Assembly: GCF_036321535.1 (NCBI RefSeq)
Contig: NC_087436.1
Coordinates: 10,602,001-10,666,000, forward strand
Direction: 5' to 3'
DNA from: Camelus dromedarius
Taxonomy: Eukaryota
Length of the DNA stretch: 64,000 nucleotides
In this document: piece after piece, positions 51,961 to 64,000 of the stretch
How the letters are laid out: every line of letters starts with the position of its first letter
How positions within the stretch are numbered: position 1 is the first letter of the stretch
Notes under the pieces: generated by a model
Told to the model about the DNA's origin: nothing
Seen by the model: the letters and a program-made list of their open reading frames with translations, nothing else
Databases searched by the model: none
Translations under genes and position numbers: made by a program

Positions 51961-54139
51961 CACCTGTTTAGCCTGGTTTTTCCCAATATGGGTGCCTTTT
52001 ATCCAGGGCTCTACTAAAGCCATACTAGACTAACAGTCATCTTGCCTGAAGAAGCTAATGAAGACATCATCTAAGGACACTGCTAATAAACTGTCTCGGA
52101 ACATCTGGCTGGCAAGTGTACACAGGCCTGCTCGCTCTGTCCTGTGCATGTCAGCCTGTCTACATTGCCAGCAGGGCAGAACAAGTTATTCACGTATTGG
52201 TGTTTTCCAAATTATGAAAACAGCCTCAAGAGGCTACTTTCCCCAAAGCCGCCTCCTCCCCACACATGCATATGCATATTCCCCGTAAATGTCAAATTCT
52301 CCAGAGAACACAAGTTTGCTCTTCTCCAGTGAAGCCTGACTTCTCATTTCACCTCAGCAGTCAAGAGTTTCTCTCTTTCACAGGCATGAAATTATGTATT
52401 AATGAAGTAAATTATCCTCAAGAACACCAGGAACAGATGCTACATTTCTTACTGCCATCAGGTTAAATATATTAATTTACAGACCCTCCCCCATGTTATC
52501 TTTTGCCAAGAAATCTGCATAATAAGAAATGAAGCAACAGATGAAAACCTTTTTTTACAGTAATTCTTATCTGCACCATCCTCCCTCCAATTTGGTTTTC
52601 AACATGTCTTTGAATTTATTTACAATCTAGGAGATGCCACTTTTATAAGAAATTGAAAAAGAAAAGGAAGCAGAAAGGAATAGTAAAATTTTTACTTCAT
52701 TAAAAAGCTTCACATATTTCCTAGAAAGCATACGTACAAACGTCATCTGTACTGTTAACTCAGAGAATCACTTTGAGGCCACTGTACAGAAGCATCAAGG
52801 AACTGGGCACCACATGATCACTCTCATCTGTTGAGAGTAACGGCAGAGAAGTGTATGTGTTAAAATAGACCAATTCATAAATTGCCATCTCATTTTCAAA
52901 GCCATGAAGCAAGCAATGTGATCTGAAATTAGCCAAATTCGGTGCCTTCATCTTGACTTGCAGTCCATTTTAAGCAGAGGAGAAACAGGATTATAATGAG
53001 TCACACCCTCACAGACCACTGCTGCAAATCAGCAGCAGCCAAGTGGAATACTGAAATTAGAGTCGACATGAAAAACTCCTGGTGGCATTATTCGGCCCCA
53101 AATCTCAAGTCTCAAAGATCGCGCATGTTGAGATTTTTTTTCCCCTAGATGTCACTAGAAAAGATATGTAAGTGGTAATTTTAGAGGGAAGGTCTCCCAT
53201 TTACTATACGTCCCTTCATCCTCCCCCTCACTTGGGGCACATGGCATTTTACCTGAACTCTGTGGGGACAAAAAAAGTCACCAATTGGTGCTTCCACTGT
53301 CTCTGCTCAGAAAACTGCAAGAAGCGAGGGGCTCAGGTGGGTAAGAAGTGAGAAATACAGTCAGATGAGGTGGGATGTAGCTGAAAGTTTTGCTTTTTGG
53401 TTTTCTGGTTTTTGCTTTAAATAATCAGCTGGCTTTCTCCTGGAGCAAGCACCACACAGAATTCAGTTGATAGGCTGATGATTCACCTTGCCACATGCTT
53501 TCTAAAGGGGGCACTTCAAGTGTGAGTGCTGCTGTGATGGTTCCCTCCCCGGCTGATAAAGGGGCAACGTGGAATTGGTTCTGAGGCATGAGGGCAGTGA
53601 CAACAGCCAAAGGAAATGGCCTGCTTTTTATGCAGAAAAGAGCATCGATGCCCTAGGCAAAAAGATTCCTCCCAAAAGAGTACACCTTGTTTTTTAACGA
53701 CGTATACTGCACAGCATCCCCCCATCACCAAGCTGGATCCAGTGGTCTGGTACAGACGGGCACTTGGTTAGATCCCCGAGGAAACAGCCAAGGTGAGCAA
53801 ATGTTTCTGGTGGCCTCCATGTTGAACTCTGGCACCACCCAATTCTGCTTCAGCACATTTTGAAAAATCTGATTCCACAATGCCACAGAAGAACAGACCT
53901 AAAAGGACTCCTGTGGGTAATTTCCAACACTAATTTAAAACCTAAAGGCACAAAAATAGAAGCAAATCTAGAAATAATGTGTAGTACATTCACTTTCTAT
54001 TCCCATTAGCCATACTTCTTTTAGATTATCCTAACCTACGGATATGATTTTGGGTTTTTTAATCTGTTTTAACATCTGTAGTTTACTCTTTATTAGCCTC
54101 ACAGAGCAAAATTTCCAACTTAGCGGAGGATCCTCTAAA

Positions 54140-54280
54140 AACTGGGAGCATCTCCCATTTACTAAGGACTGTGTTGGACACAGGAGTATGATTATCTCAT
54201 TGCAACAACACTCGTCATCAGGGAGCTGTGATTTATCCCATTTCACAGATGAATAAACTGAGGATCATAAAATGGTATCA
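54140..54280 (-). mobile_element. MIR SINE
   Basis: atcccatttcacagatgaataaactgagg core. Confidence 0.7.
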
Positions 54281-54657
54281 TACACAAGAAAGAATGCTTG
54301 CTACATAAAGGGAAGCTAATTCAATTTAGACTAGAAGCTCCCAAAGGACAAAAAAATAAATTTTTTTAGATGTGCAACTTTCCACTCTGCACCACACATA
54401 CAAAAACCATTACATGAAATGCTACAAATGAAACTTTCCAAATGCACATTTCTTCTGTTATCGAAAGAAAACAGCCGAAACGTTAATCGTGAAAACTTTC
54501 CGGTGATACAAGGTTGGCCCTTTCTAGTGTGGTACTGAACCAAAGAAGAAGAATCTTTTGCAAGAGGATAGAAAGAATTCAGTTTTTATCCTCCAACACA
54601 ATTTCACCCTCATAATTTTAGGAAGTCATCATTCACTTCACATAAAACTGGTACTTC

Positions 54658-56512
54658 AGACTTCCAGTATCCAGTCTCGCATGTAAGGAGCTTAGAAGTC
54701 ACCACTCCGTCCTCACAACCAGTAAAAAGCTGAACGCACTAAAAAATCAGCAACTTTTCTTAAATCCATCAGAGCAGTGAGGTCCCAGAGCAAACCACTG
54801 CTCTCAAAACTGAAGAGACAAACAGGTGGATAAAGAGAATCACAACTTACTAGAGCAGAAACCTCCCCAGGAACTAGTGCCCAGGTGGGAAAACCTAAAT
54901 GCCAATGAACCAGCCCTGGAGCCTCAGTGTGGACAAGTCTGAGAGTTAAAAACTCAGGGAGATCCAGTCGGAGCAGACCTCCACCCTCTCGTGAGTTTTA
55001 CGTCCAGGAGCTCAGCCGAGGGTCTCACAGTGAGTAGCAGAGAAAAATCCGCCCGTGCTTCTTGTGGGGCTAGTGTTTAAAGGAACCACTTTCAAATATG
55101 CCAGAGCACGCCCTTCTTAACGAGCTTGACCTCAGGAGAAACTCATTAACCAGAGCCTAACCTGCTGGGCTTTTATCACAGCTTGACTGACCTGGGAGGT
55201 GGTGGCTGGGGGAGCAGCAACTCCAGCCCTCTCGCTAACCTGTCCCACCTGAAAACTGAGAAGCACGTGTGACATTCACAGCCCAGGAGCAAGGCTCATG
55301 AAAAGCTGAAACCCATCACGGGATGCTGAACGCTTCCCCCTACCCCCACCCCTCGCCACTGCGTTACTGAAGGCCTGTTTACCCTCCTTCCCTTTACCTA
55401 ATGCCTCATGTCCATCTTTCAATGGACAATTATAAGGCACAGTGAAAGGCAGAAACAACGTTTGAAGAGACTGTGCAAGTGTCAGAACCAGAGTCAGACA
55501 GAGCACCAAAGCTGGAATTTTAACAAGCTTTGATGACTATGTTGAGGGATTTAATCGAAAAGTAGACAATATGCAAGAACAGGTGGATAATGTACTCAGA
55601 GAGATGGACATTCTAAGAAAGAATAAAAGAGAAATGCTAGAGGTCAAGACCACTGTAACAGAGGTGAAGAAAGCATTTGATGGGTTCACAGCAGGCTGAA
55701 CACGGCTGAGGAAAGACTTTGAGCTCGAGGATTTGACAGGAGAAACTTCTAAAACTTGAAAGGAGAAAGGACAGAACAGGATATCTAAGAACTGTGGGAC
55801 AAGCATAAATGTTGTGTAATAGGCATAACAGGACTAGCAGAATGAAAAGAAAGAGAGAAAGGAACAGTATGATATCTGAGCCATAATGACTGAGAAATCT
55901 CCCCAGAATTAATGTCAGACACTAAACTACAGATGAAATGGAGAAAGGTGGTGAATGAATAGACAGCGAGGTCAACTGGAACAGAACACAGAGCCTAGAG
56001 ATGATGCACTGATCTTCTGTAAAGGAACAAAGGCAATGTAATGGAGCAAAGAGTTTTTCAACAAATGGTGCTGGAACAACAGGACATCTACAAGCAAAAA
56101 GGAAAAAAAAAAGTTAAGTCAGAATGGATCACAGAACTACATGTAAAATGCAAAACAATAAACCTCCCAGAAGATAACAGGAGAAAACCTACATGACCTT
56201 GAATCTGATGAGGACTGTTTTAGCTATATCATCAAGGTATGATCTGTAAAAGAAGTAATTGACAAGCTGGAGTTCACAAACATTAAAAAGATCCTGCTCT
56301 GCAAAGGACAATGTCAAAAAAAAAAAAAAAATGAGAAGCAAGCCACAGACTGGGATAAAATATTTGCAAAAGTCACATCTGATAAAGGACTGTTACCCAA
56401 AATATACAAAGAATACTTAAAACTCAGCAATAAAAATGAACAAGTGATTCAAAAAATGGACTAAAGATCTTGACACCTCACCAAAGAAGACACACAGATG
56501 ACTAATAAGCAG
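54658..56512 (+). mobile_element. L1MC-like LINE-1 with 5'UTR, part of ORF1, a large internal deletion and late ORF2
   Basis: gacttcc...atgtaaggagcttagaagtcaccactccgtcctcacaac 5' end; ORF1 coiled-coil region 55480-55934; abrupt switch to late ORF2 (caacaaatggtgctggaacaac, gagaagcaagccacagactggga). Confidence 0.85.
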
Positions 56513-59500
56513 CTCGACCAGTCATTTCTTACCTATAAAAATACACAATAAATATAAGTTGAATTAAATTATATTGAATTTCCATACTGTAGATAAGGTA
56601 CTTATTACTTTTTAGATACCTTATCTCTACTTTAAGATAAGGGAATTAAATAAGGAAGAGATAAGAATTTCCATACTTTGGATAAAAAATACTTTTTTAA
56701 ATTTGGAGAATAATTTAATTATACAAATGCAATTGCTATTGCAGAAGTTTATTCAAACAAGCAAGTATTATTTGCTATTCTAAGCTAGCACTTTATGTAA
56801 GTGATAAATTTGCCAACTTCCAAAACTGAGTATTTATAATTTGCTCTTCTAGGCTTTTGTATGAATTATAGACTTGCAGACTTCCAAAATTCAAGTAAGA
56901 AATGTTGCACAGTAAGCACCACTTTATCATCGTTTTCATTTGTGTTCCACAGCCCTTCAGCTCTTGATCCATACTGCTTGATCTATTATTAAGGTCAAGG
57001 AAACAAACCTCACTGATGACTTTGTCTGAACATATAAATGAAGCAATGCTTCTGTGTGAGTAGAAAAGTTAACAGTAATTTTTTTTAACTAATGAAATCA
57101 AATAAAATGGTCTTCTCCTTATATTTTATTGAAGGAATTCACTTACTTATGAGACACAGAACCCAAAAGTCTTTTTTATGCTGTCAATTGCTTGAATACA
57201 TAACCTTAACCTAGGGACCATTTAATAAGTTTTTCTCCATCTCTCCTTTTAATGTATGTCTTTCATCTACATAATCTCATCTGCCATCTCCAAAAATACA
57301 GGATTATTTTTCCAGCAATTGAAATGCTTTCCACGTAGTGGATCTAATATTCCAGGTACAGCAAAATTTGCATTTCATGATTCTGTTTAAATAGGACTTC
57401 ATATCAATCTAATACGTACTTTGATTTTTAATTTACTTAAAATCCCTAGATAAACCAAAAATATTAGTTTTATGAGGTTTTTAGAGGCAATAAATCACAG
57501 ATTTAGTCCAAGTTAAATTTGCTGTTATATAAAAAGAGATTTTCAACCCTTTCAAAATCATGTATTATAGGCGAATCTCTTATTTATCTCACTGCGTATG
57601 GTGCCATCATGGAGTTAAAGATAAAAAATAAAATTCTGAATACTCAGATCCAAAAGGTTTATATTCTCAACCCAACAGCACAAAATCGTAATAGTAACAT
57701 GTCATATTATGCTCTCAACAATAGCACCTTCCCTTTGAAACATACCCTATTGTCATTTCATTTGCTGAATTCCCATTGACACCAAGGAATAGACTGAAGA
57801 GAGAATACTGTACTTTAAAACTTTTTGTGTGGTAAAAATAATACATAGTTATCAAAAATAAAATCTTGGGCACCTAAAAAGAGGTACAGTTATTACTGAT
57901 TTCTCAGAGGCAAAGGCCAATTGAGTTTTTTTCTACATTCCTGCAACAATTCTGTAGTGCAACTCTCAACTCGGTCTTAGTGCATGAAAATCATCTCTAT
58001 TATGAAAGATAATTATGGTTATGCACTCCTCACCACTTTTCTGGATCGGCGTTGAGCCAAGAGAGGCTACAACTGGAACAAGGGAAAGATTGAACTGTGA
58101 AAAAAAAATCTGGCCAAGCATCCTTGTTCTGAGTTACAGAAAACGTGTTGTGTGGGAAGGAGTTATTTAATTATTACAAGGCATTGATGGCTTTGGCTAA
58201 TAAAAATAACTAAAAAAGAAGGAAAAAACAATTAAGAACAAACGATATGCCTTCTGGAAATACAACCTTCCAAAAATAATGTTTTGTTGGTTCATTTTAT
58301 ATCTTGGGACTTATAATATTGTTAAAGACTGAACATTGTGAGCCCTAAACGATGAAAAATAACTTCTGTTTTTCTAAATACGCATCTGCTTTTCAAGTGT
58401 GGGTTCAGTTGGACACACCAGGGCTCATTTTTATTTCCTGTAGCTAAGACCACTACATAATTTTTGTGAGTACTGGCTAAAAATATACACATTTTCCAAG
58501 GAGGTATGTCATGGGTCTTATCATTAGAAAAACACTCTGCAGGATGATTTTTCTGAACTAAATTTCTGTTCAAGATAGGAAGCCCTTTCTTTAATGAGTC
58601 CATAAATGGCCAACAGTAATGCTGGATTCTTCGATAATATAATACATTTCACATTTAATCATAAAGAGTTCAACATGCTTCTCTACTATAAATGCCAGTT
58701 ATTGAGTGGTACTCATTCAGTGTTAACTGCGTATTGTCATTATCTCATTGATCTCTTTCATCTACCCATTAAGAACCCAAGTGTTCAGATTAGCAACCAA
58801 CTGCTAAAAAGAGGCAGAGTTGATATGCAAGCCCAGAAGACTCTGTTTTAAATCAGTAAACCACACTGCACTTTTTCTTAAAGGAATTAATAGATGTTAA
58901 GTGAAAACACTGATTAAGAATGTCACTTATCACCAAGAACTGACAAATAATCCCTGTTAAGGATCTGTCATCATGGATGTGGACTGAAACCATTTGATAC
59001 AATTTGGGGAAGACGGTTGTTGGCTTGAGAGGAGGACGGAATATCTGGGAAGTGAGGGAAAGGAAATATCATAACAGTAATTACAAAGTGAAAGTTATTA
59101 AAATCATAATGATATGAAAACTAACTTTAAAAACCTCTTTAGTAGGTTTTGTTTTAACGAAGTACCTATCACAATGTCTGGAGCATAGTGTTACACGATA
59201 AATAATTATTCAACGAAGGAAGGAGAAAGTAAGTATGTCTTAGCCATTGTCGGGGTACAGTGAGACCAGTGTTTTGGGGGTGCTGCCACATGACTGTGCC
59301 TCCGAAATAAAGGACAGTTAATTTCATCAGCTGGACTAGGATGCTTTGGACATTTCTGAGCATTAAGCTATTTTGCTAAAGACATAAAAATGCTGAAAAT
59401 GAGTCAATAACTGAAAAAGTAGCGTATTTCTATGATGAGACGAAATATTTTTTCTCCTCTATTAGTGCTGGCTAGAACTATTCTCTATTATGTGTAAAAA

Positions 59501-59899
59501 TATACTTCCTAAATATTTCAAAGTGATATTCTGTCAGCAAATTACCATAATCAGCTTCTTAATAAGCAAAAAAAGTTTCTAGTCTTCCTGTAAAGTAGTT
59601 ACAATTGTTATGAACAAGAACACGAAGGTGCAGAAGCACAGACAGGCACAGTGTAACATGAAGACCCAGTGAGAAAGGTAAACATATCATGGGGTAAAGG
59701 GAGTTACAAAGACCCTCCTGATGCTCATCAGTCAGAGCAATTGGGTTGTACCCATGGATTAAAGTCAGAGAGACACTTAAAAAATGACATAAGATGGACA
59801 TTCTCTGCTCACAGTCTACTCCTTTGCCACTTCTGTCTTCATCCCAGGTTGCCAGCTGGATGCTCATCAGCCTAGGATAATATAATTATTTAATCGAGC

Positions 59900-60400
59900 A
59901 TAAATCCAGGGGATTATACACAAATCAACTCTGTGGTGTCGTCAAGGAACCAAAGACATCCTCATTGCATTCCATAACTAAGAGTTTTCTGAGACCCTCC
60001 AAGCTAACAGACACAAACCCAGCTGGGATCTGGGAAAATGTAAGAGTGTGTTTGGCCCTCATCACTCCAACAATTCCAGAGTTGTTACTGCACTTGAAGG
60101 AGAGGATGCTAACATGGGAATGCAGCAGAAAGTTAAATACAGATGTCAAATTGAGGCATGACCTAAAAGTGATCTTCCAATATTTGAAGGGTGTTAGAGA
60201 CAAGAGAAAAGTACTTTCCCTCCCTAGAACCATAATCAGGAATCAGCAGCAGGGCTAATATAGATGTCAGAAAAACAACGGTATAGTGAACCAACTTTGT
60301 TAAAAATGCATTTGTGTGTTTCTCCCAATGTATTTAGTCTAAGTATTATTCTACTTTGAGATAAGGGAATAGATTAATTGGCTTTCAAAGGTTCCTATAA
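59900..60400 (+). mobile_element. CR1/L3 LINE ORF2 3' remnant
   Basis: ORF 59965-60258 contains KLRHDLKVIFQYLKG, matching the CR1 C-terminal motif RLRGDLIxVFKYLKG. Confidence 0.7.
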
Positions 60401-61269
60401 ATAAAGCTGAATAATTCTATTGGTTGAAAAACAAACATATAATTGATTTTCAATGATTTAATTTTCCTTATCAAGATATAGTCATAAATGTCTCAAATTT
60501 AAAAATCATTTATAATCTGGATTGTAAAAGCTCACAGGGCATCTGTTTAAAGTCTGTAAATCCAAAAGACAATTTGACAATATAATCATAAATGTGGACA
60601 TGCAGGGGTTTTGGACAAAAAAGTATGTTTTCTACAATAGGGATTATTTTATTTTTAATTACATGTAAGAAGAAATATATGCTGAGATGGAAACAGAATT
60701 GACTTACAAATGTATGGAAAATTCTTTTTCTAGAGTCAACATCAAAGATAAAGTTTTAAGCTGGGTGAAAGCATGCACGTGACCTAGAACATGACCTAGA
60801 ACCATTAGGGCTCCTAGGATTTAACCAGGAGCATTACATCCCCTGCAGGCATTTAAATTCGCTTAACTAGAAAATACATTCTCCAAGGCAACAGGGTCCT
60901 TTTCTTATAAAAAGTGGATAGCATTCATTTCAAAATGTTTTGTTTTCTTTCTCATCTTGAGAATCAAACAACAAAATATCACACTAATATTGTCCATGCA
61001 AATAACTGTTGGACAACAGATTTCTGGGTCTACATCTCCAATTATCTGACAGGATTTTAGAAATAAAACTTAAATTAGATTTTGGTCTTCTTATCTGTGT
61101 TCATGAAAGATGGATGCTTGCAAATTAGATATAATTTCTGCTAAAATGTTTTGAAAAAAAGATATATTTCTATAGAAAAATAGTAGCTGGTAATTCATAC
61201 TGAACTGGAACATTTACTGATAAGAAATATTCTGGAAGTCAACAGATAATGGGCAAAGTACATCATACA

Positions 61270-61800
61270 ACATGCTAAAGTGGAAACACAAGGAGAGAAC
61301 AAAATAGGAAGAAAGCACAAAAATCACTAACCAATGAAATGTCAGTTAAATCAACGACATATCATTTTGCCATGCAATTGGGATAAAAATAATTTGAACA
61401 AAAACTTCCAAAATAGCCGAGAATTACTGAAACAAAGGCTCTCAGGTGGCACTGACGTAAGCATAGCTGGATTCAAACTATGTGGAAGGAACTTTTTCAC
61501 AACCTATCAAAGGCTCAGAAATGTTCATATTCAATCACTCAGTCATTCTACTTCTTGAATTTATTCTAAAGAAATCTGAAATAGAGATGGCTACAAATGA
61601 TTTTTGTTAGCCTATTTGTAATCATTAAATTGTGAAAATCCATGAAAGAGTGTACCTGTAAGACACTACAGTATGTATCCACTAAAATTAATGTTTGTAG
61701 AATTTTGATTAAAAATATCTGTTATCTTTTGAACCACTTTCCCAGCTTTATAATAAAATATTTATGAAAATATTAAAAAGGCAAAGACTCATAACATAGG
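61270..61800 (+). mobile_element. Old L1ME-like ORF2 end / 3'UTR fragment
   Basis: aatcactaaccaatgaaatgtcagttaaatcaac...cattctacttcttgaatttattctaaagaaa. Confidence 0.55.
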
Positions 61801-62239
61801 AATATACATTATAACAGTCAACATAGCGGCCAAAATCAGGGTGAAACTTAACTAACAAGTTGAGAATGAGTGGCTCATTATTATTAGGTACCAAAAAAGC
61901 AGGGCAGACACCAAGGTGGCAAAACTAAGGGACAAACTAATCAGAAAATGGGTAAGGTTCAGAGACAACTGGTGGGGAAGGGAGGAGGCTCGCATTTGAA
62001 CACCATGAGTACAACATCAACGCTCAGGGCAGAGGAAGACCCTGAAGAAAGGAGAAAGACCATTGTCACCAGGAACCCCACTTGAGGGACCGTTCAAGAC
62101 CCAGTCTGTGGGCCAAGGAAATCACCCCGTTTCAGAACAACAGAGCAACCCTGAGGATGACTGCAGAGCACAGGATCTGGGCGAGGCTCTGCCATCACTC
62201 TGCAGCTACACTCCAACTTTAGAAGGTAATGTAACTGGT

Positions 62240-62700
62240 ACCCAAAAGGAAAGAAATAAGGTCACACCAAATATTAATCTGGTGAGAAATATCAAAATCT
62301 GATACACAGGAGACATGTTAACACCTCTCTCCCTCAGTCATTGATAGATCCTACACATTAAAAATAAATAAGAAATAAAAGACAGATTGTTTTATGATAT
62401 CCACTTGATTTAAAAATTATGCACCAGGCACTGTATTCTATAACAGAAATACATATCTTTTAAAATATTGAAATATTTTTCTAAAGCAAATCTGTTAAGA
62501 AGTCATGAAGAAAATTTCAATAAATTGCAAAAGGAAGAAATTAAATGTCATGTTCTAAAAATAGTTTAACAAAAAGATCTATTGATAATGAAGTTTGGAG
62601 AGGCACCCCAAGACCACAATCACTTGAAATTTTAAAAAATATATAACCCATGGGTTAAATAATAAATGCAAATAATAAAGTAAGAACTACTTGCAAGCAC
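62240..62700 (+). mobile_element. Old L1 ORF2 endonuclease-region remnant
   Basis: ggagacatgttaacacctctctc...cattgatagatc...aagtcatgaagaaaatttcaataaa. Confidence 0.55.
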
Positions 62701-62959
62701 TGTCAACAAATACCAGCATGAAGTGCTATGTGACAGACAAGGGCTAGCAACCAGAGATTCATAAATAAATAAAAGACGGCCTGTCCACACGTGTTTTTAC
62801 AGTCAAATAGGGAATGCCGTTTAAAAGACAATTACAATATAGTGTTACAGAGAGAGTGTAGATATGACCTCATACAAAAACAGCATCTAACTAATTCTTG
62901 GAATTTCAGGGGAATTTGTTAGAGGAAATGATACCTAAGCCATGAAATGCTAACAATAT

Positions 62960-62988
62960 GGTGTGTGTGTGTGTGTCTGTGTGTGTGT
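62960..62988. repeat. Imperfect (TG)n microsatellite
   Basis: gtgtgtgtgtgtgtgtctgtgtgtgtgt. Confidence 0.9.
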
Positions 62989-63009
62989 AGGATCTCAAAA
63001 AACAGATGA

Positions 63010-64000
63010 AAAAAATTTTAAATGACCCAAAATGTGCATCTTTGTTATCCTTCTCCTCTCACTCCAGAGTGACATATGTTACAAAGTAGCCGCGCTGACA
63101 GGGAGAGAAGCTATACGTAGCTCAACAACATGGTCTTTCCTCTTCTAGGCTTGTCTGGCCACCACTGCTGGGTACCCAACCTGCTGCAACAAACACCAGC
63201 AATGAACCCTCAATTATTGTACCAGCAAGCCAAGTGGCAGTAGGTTAGTTGCACTGAATCTCTTCTATCATGATATGGACAGTGAGTTTTACTCACTGGA
63301 ATAGACACTTATTCTTGGAAATGCATTTGTCTTCCCTGACCGGAATGCAGGTCTTCATACAACATTGGTTTTCACCAAAGAGCAACAAAAGGTTTAAGTC
63401 AGGGAATTCACCTTCCTTACGATGTGCCCTGTTTGTTTGTTACTCAGTGGCAGCTCACCTGACAGAATGGTAGAGTGTGTGGGCTATTGAAAGCTCAGTT
63501 CAAGCAATCTGTGAAGCTGGAGTGCAGTCGAATAGGACGTGGTATATAGATTAAATAAGGTTAAGTGCAAAATGTCCTGTAGCTATGTCCTAAAGTGATT
63601 CCTCTCTTAGACCCAATAACCTACGTGAAGAATTTTTACTTTCATTACTCAAAACTTTTGTCTTTGATGGTTCAGAGTTCTTAGTTCCTGAGGGTGCAAT
63701 GCTCTCCCCAGGGTATAAAATACTGTTTTAATTTAGCTGGGCATTGAAACTGCTACCAGTCCACTATTGAATTCTTTCCCCATTGAACCAATTCATAAAG
63801 CAGACAGTCGCTTTGCTGGTTAGGTTGATTGATCCCAATTATGAGGAGAAAATTGGCTTATGGATATACACTAGGACAGGAAGGATTATGTCTGGAACCC
63901 AGGGGATTCTCTGGGGCTTCTCTTGTCATTCCACATTCAATGGTAAATGTTAATGGAAAATTACTACAGTCCTATAAATACCCGACTGCAGAATTTAAAA
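63010..64000 (+). mobile_element. ERVL internal remnant: integrase followed by dUTPase (runs off the window)
   Basis: Broken translations AQQHGL..LATTAGYPTC (zinc-finger region), LLTGIDTYS-GNAFVFP (integrase core), EFLVPEGAMLSPG..LIDPNYEEKIGL..DYVWNPGDSLG (ERVL dUTPase); multiple stops and frameshifts. Confidence 0.85.

Noticed and set aside
1..64000. CRISPR arrays, operons, rRNA or other prokaryotic-type systems
   Set aside because: The sequence is mammalian; no regularly spaced repeat-spacer array, gene-dense ORF pattern or rRNA similarity was seen.

Overview
This is mammalian genomic DNA, AT-rich and largely CpG-depleted. It is almost certainly camelid (camel/alpaca/llama), judged from two Vic-1-type tRNA-derived SINEs and matching young L1 3' ends. 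Much of the window is recognisable interspersed repeat: old and young L1, L2, CR1/L3, MIR, MLT1, ERVL and ERV1 LTRs, ERVL internal gag/pro and integrase-dUTPase remnants, and hAT MITEs. None of the supplied ORFs is a credible intact gene. The most notable non-repeat signal is in the first ~11 kb: a minus-strand series of short exon-like segments with strong splice signals, including a textbook 18-nt microexon at 958-975, interleaved with three local duplications. These can be joined in one phase-consistent frame, but that frame has in-frame stops, so this is a decayed gene, a spliced lncRNA, or chance pseudo-exons; I could not name a gene. Other highlights are a probable spliced L1 retrocopy (5'UTR fused to the 3' end, 20580-20939), a twin-primed inverted L1, a CpG-rich TE patch with an NRF1-like site, and a repeat-free motif-dense candidate enhancer near 39-40 kb. 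Repeat family names come from memory of consensus sequences, not a search, and boundaries of old repeats are approximate. I found no convincing novel biological system.
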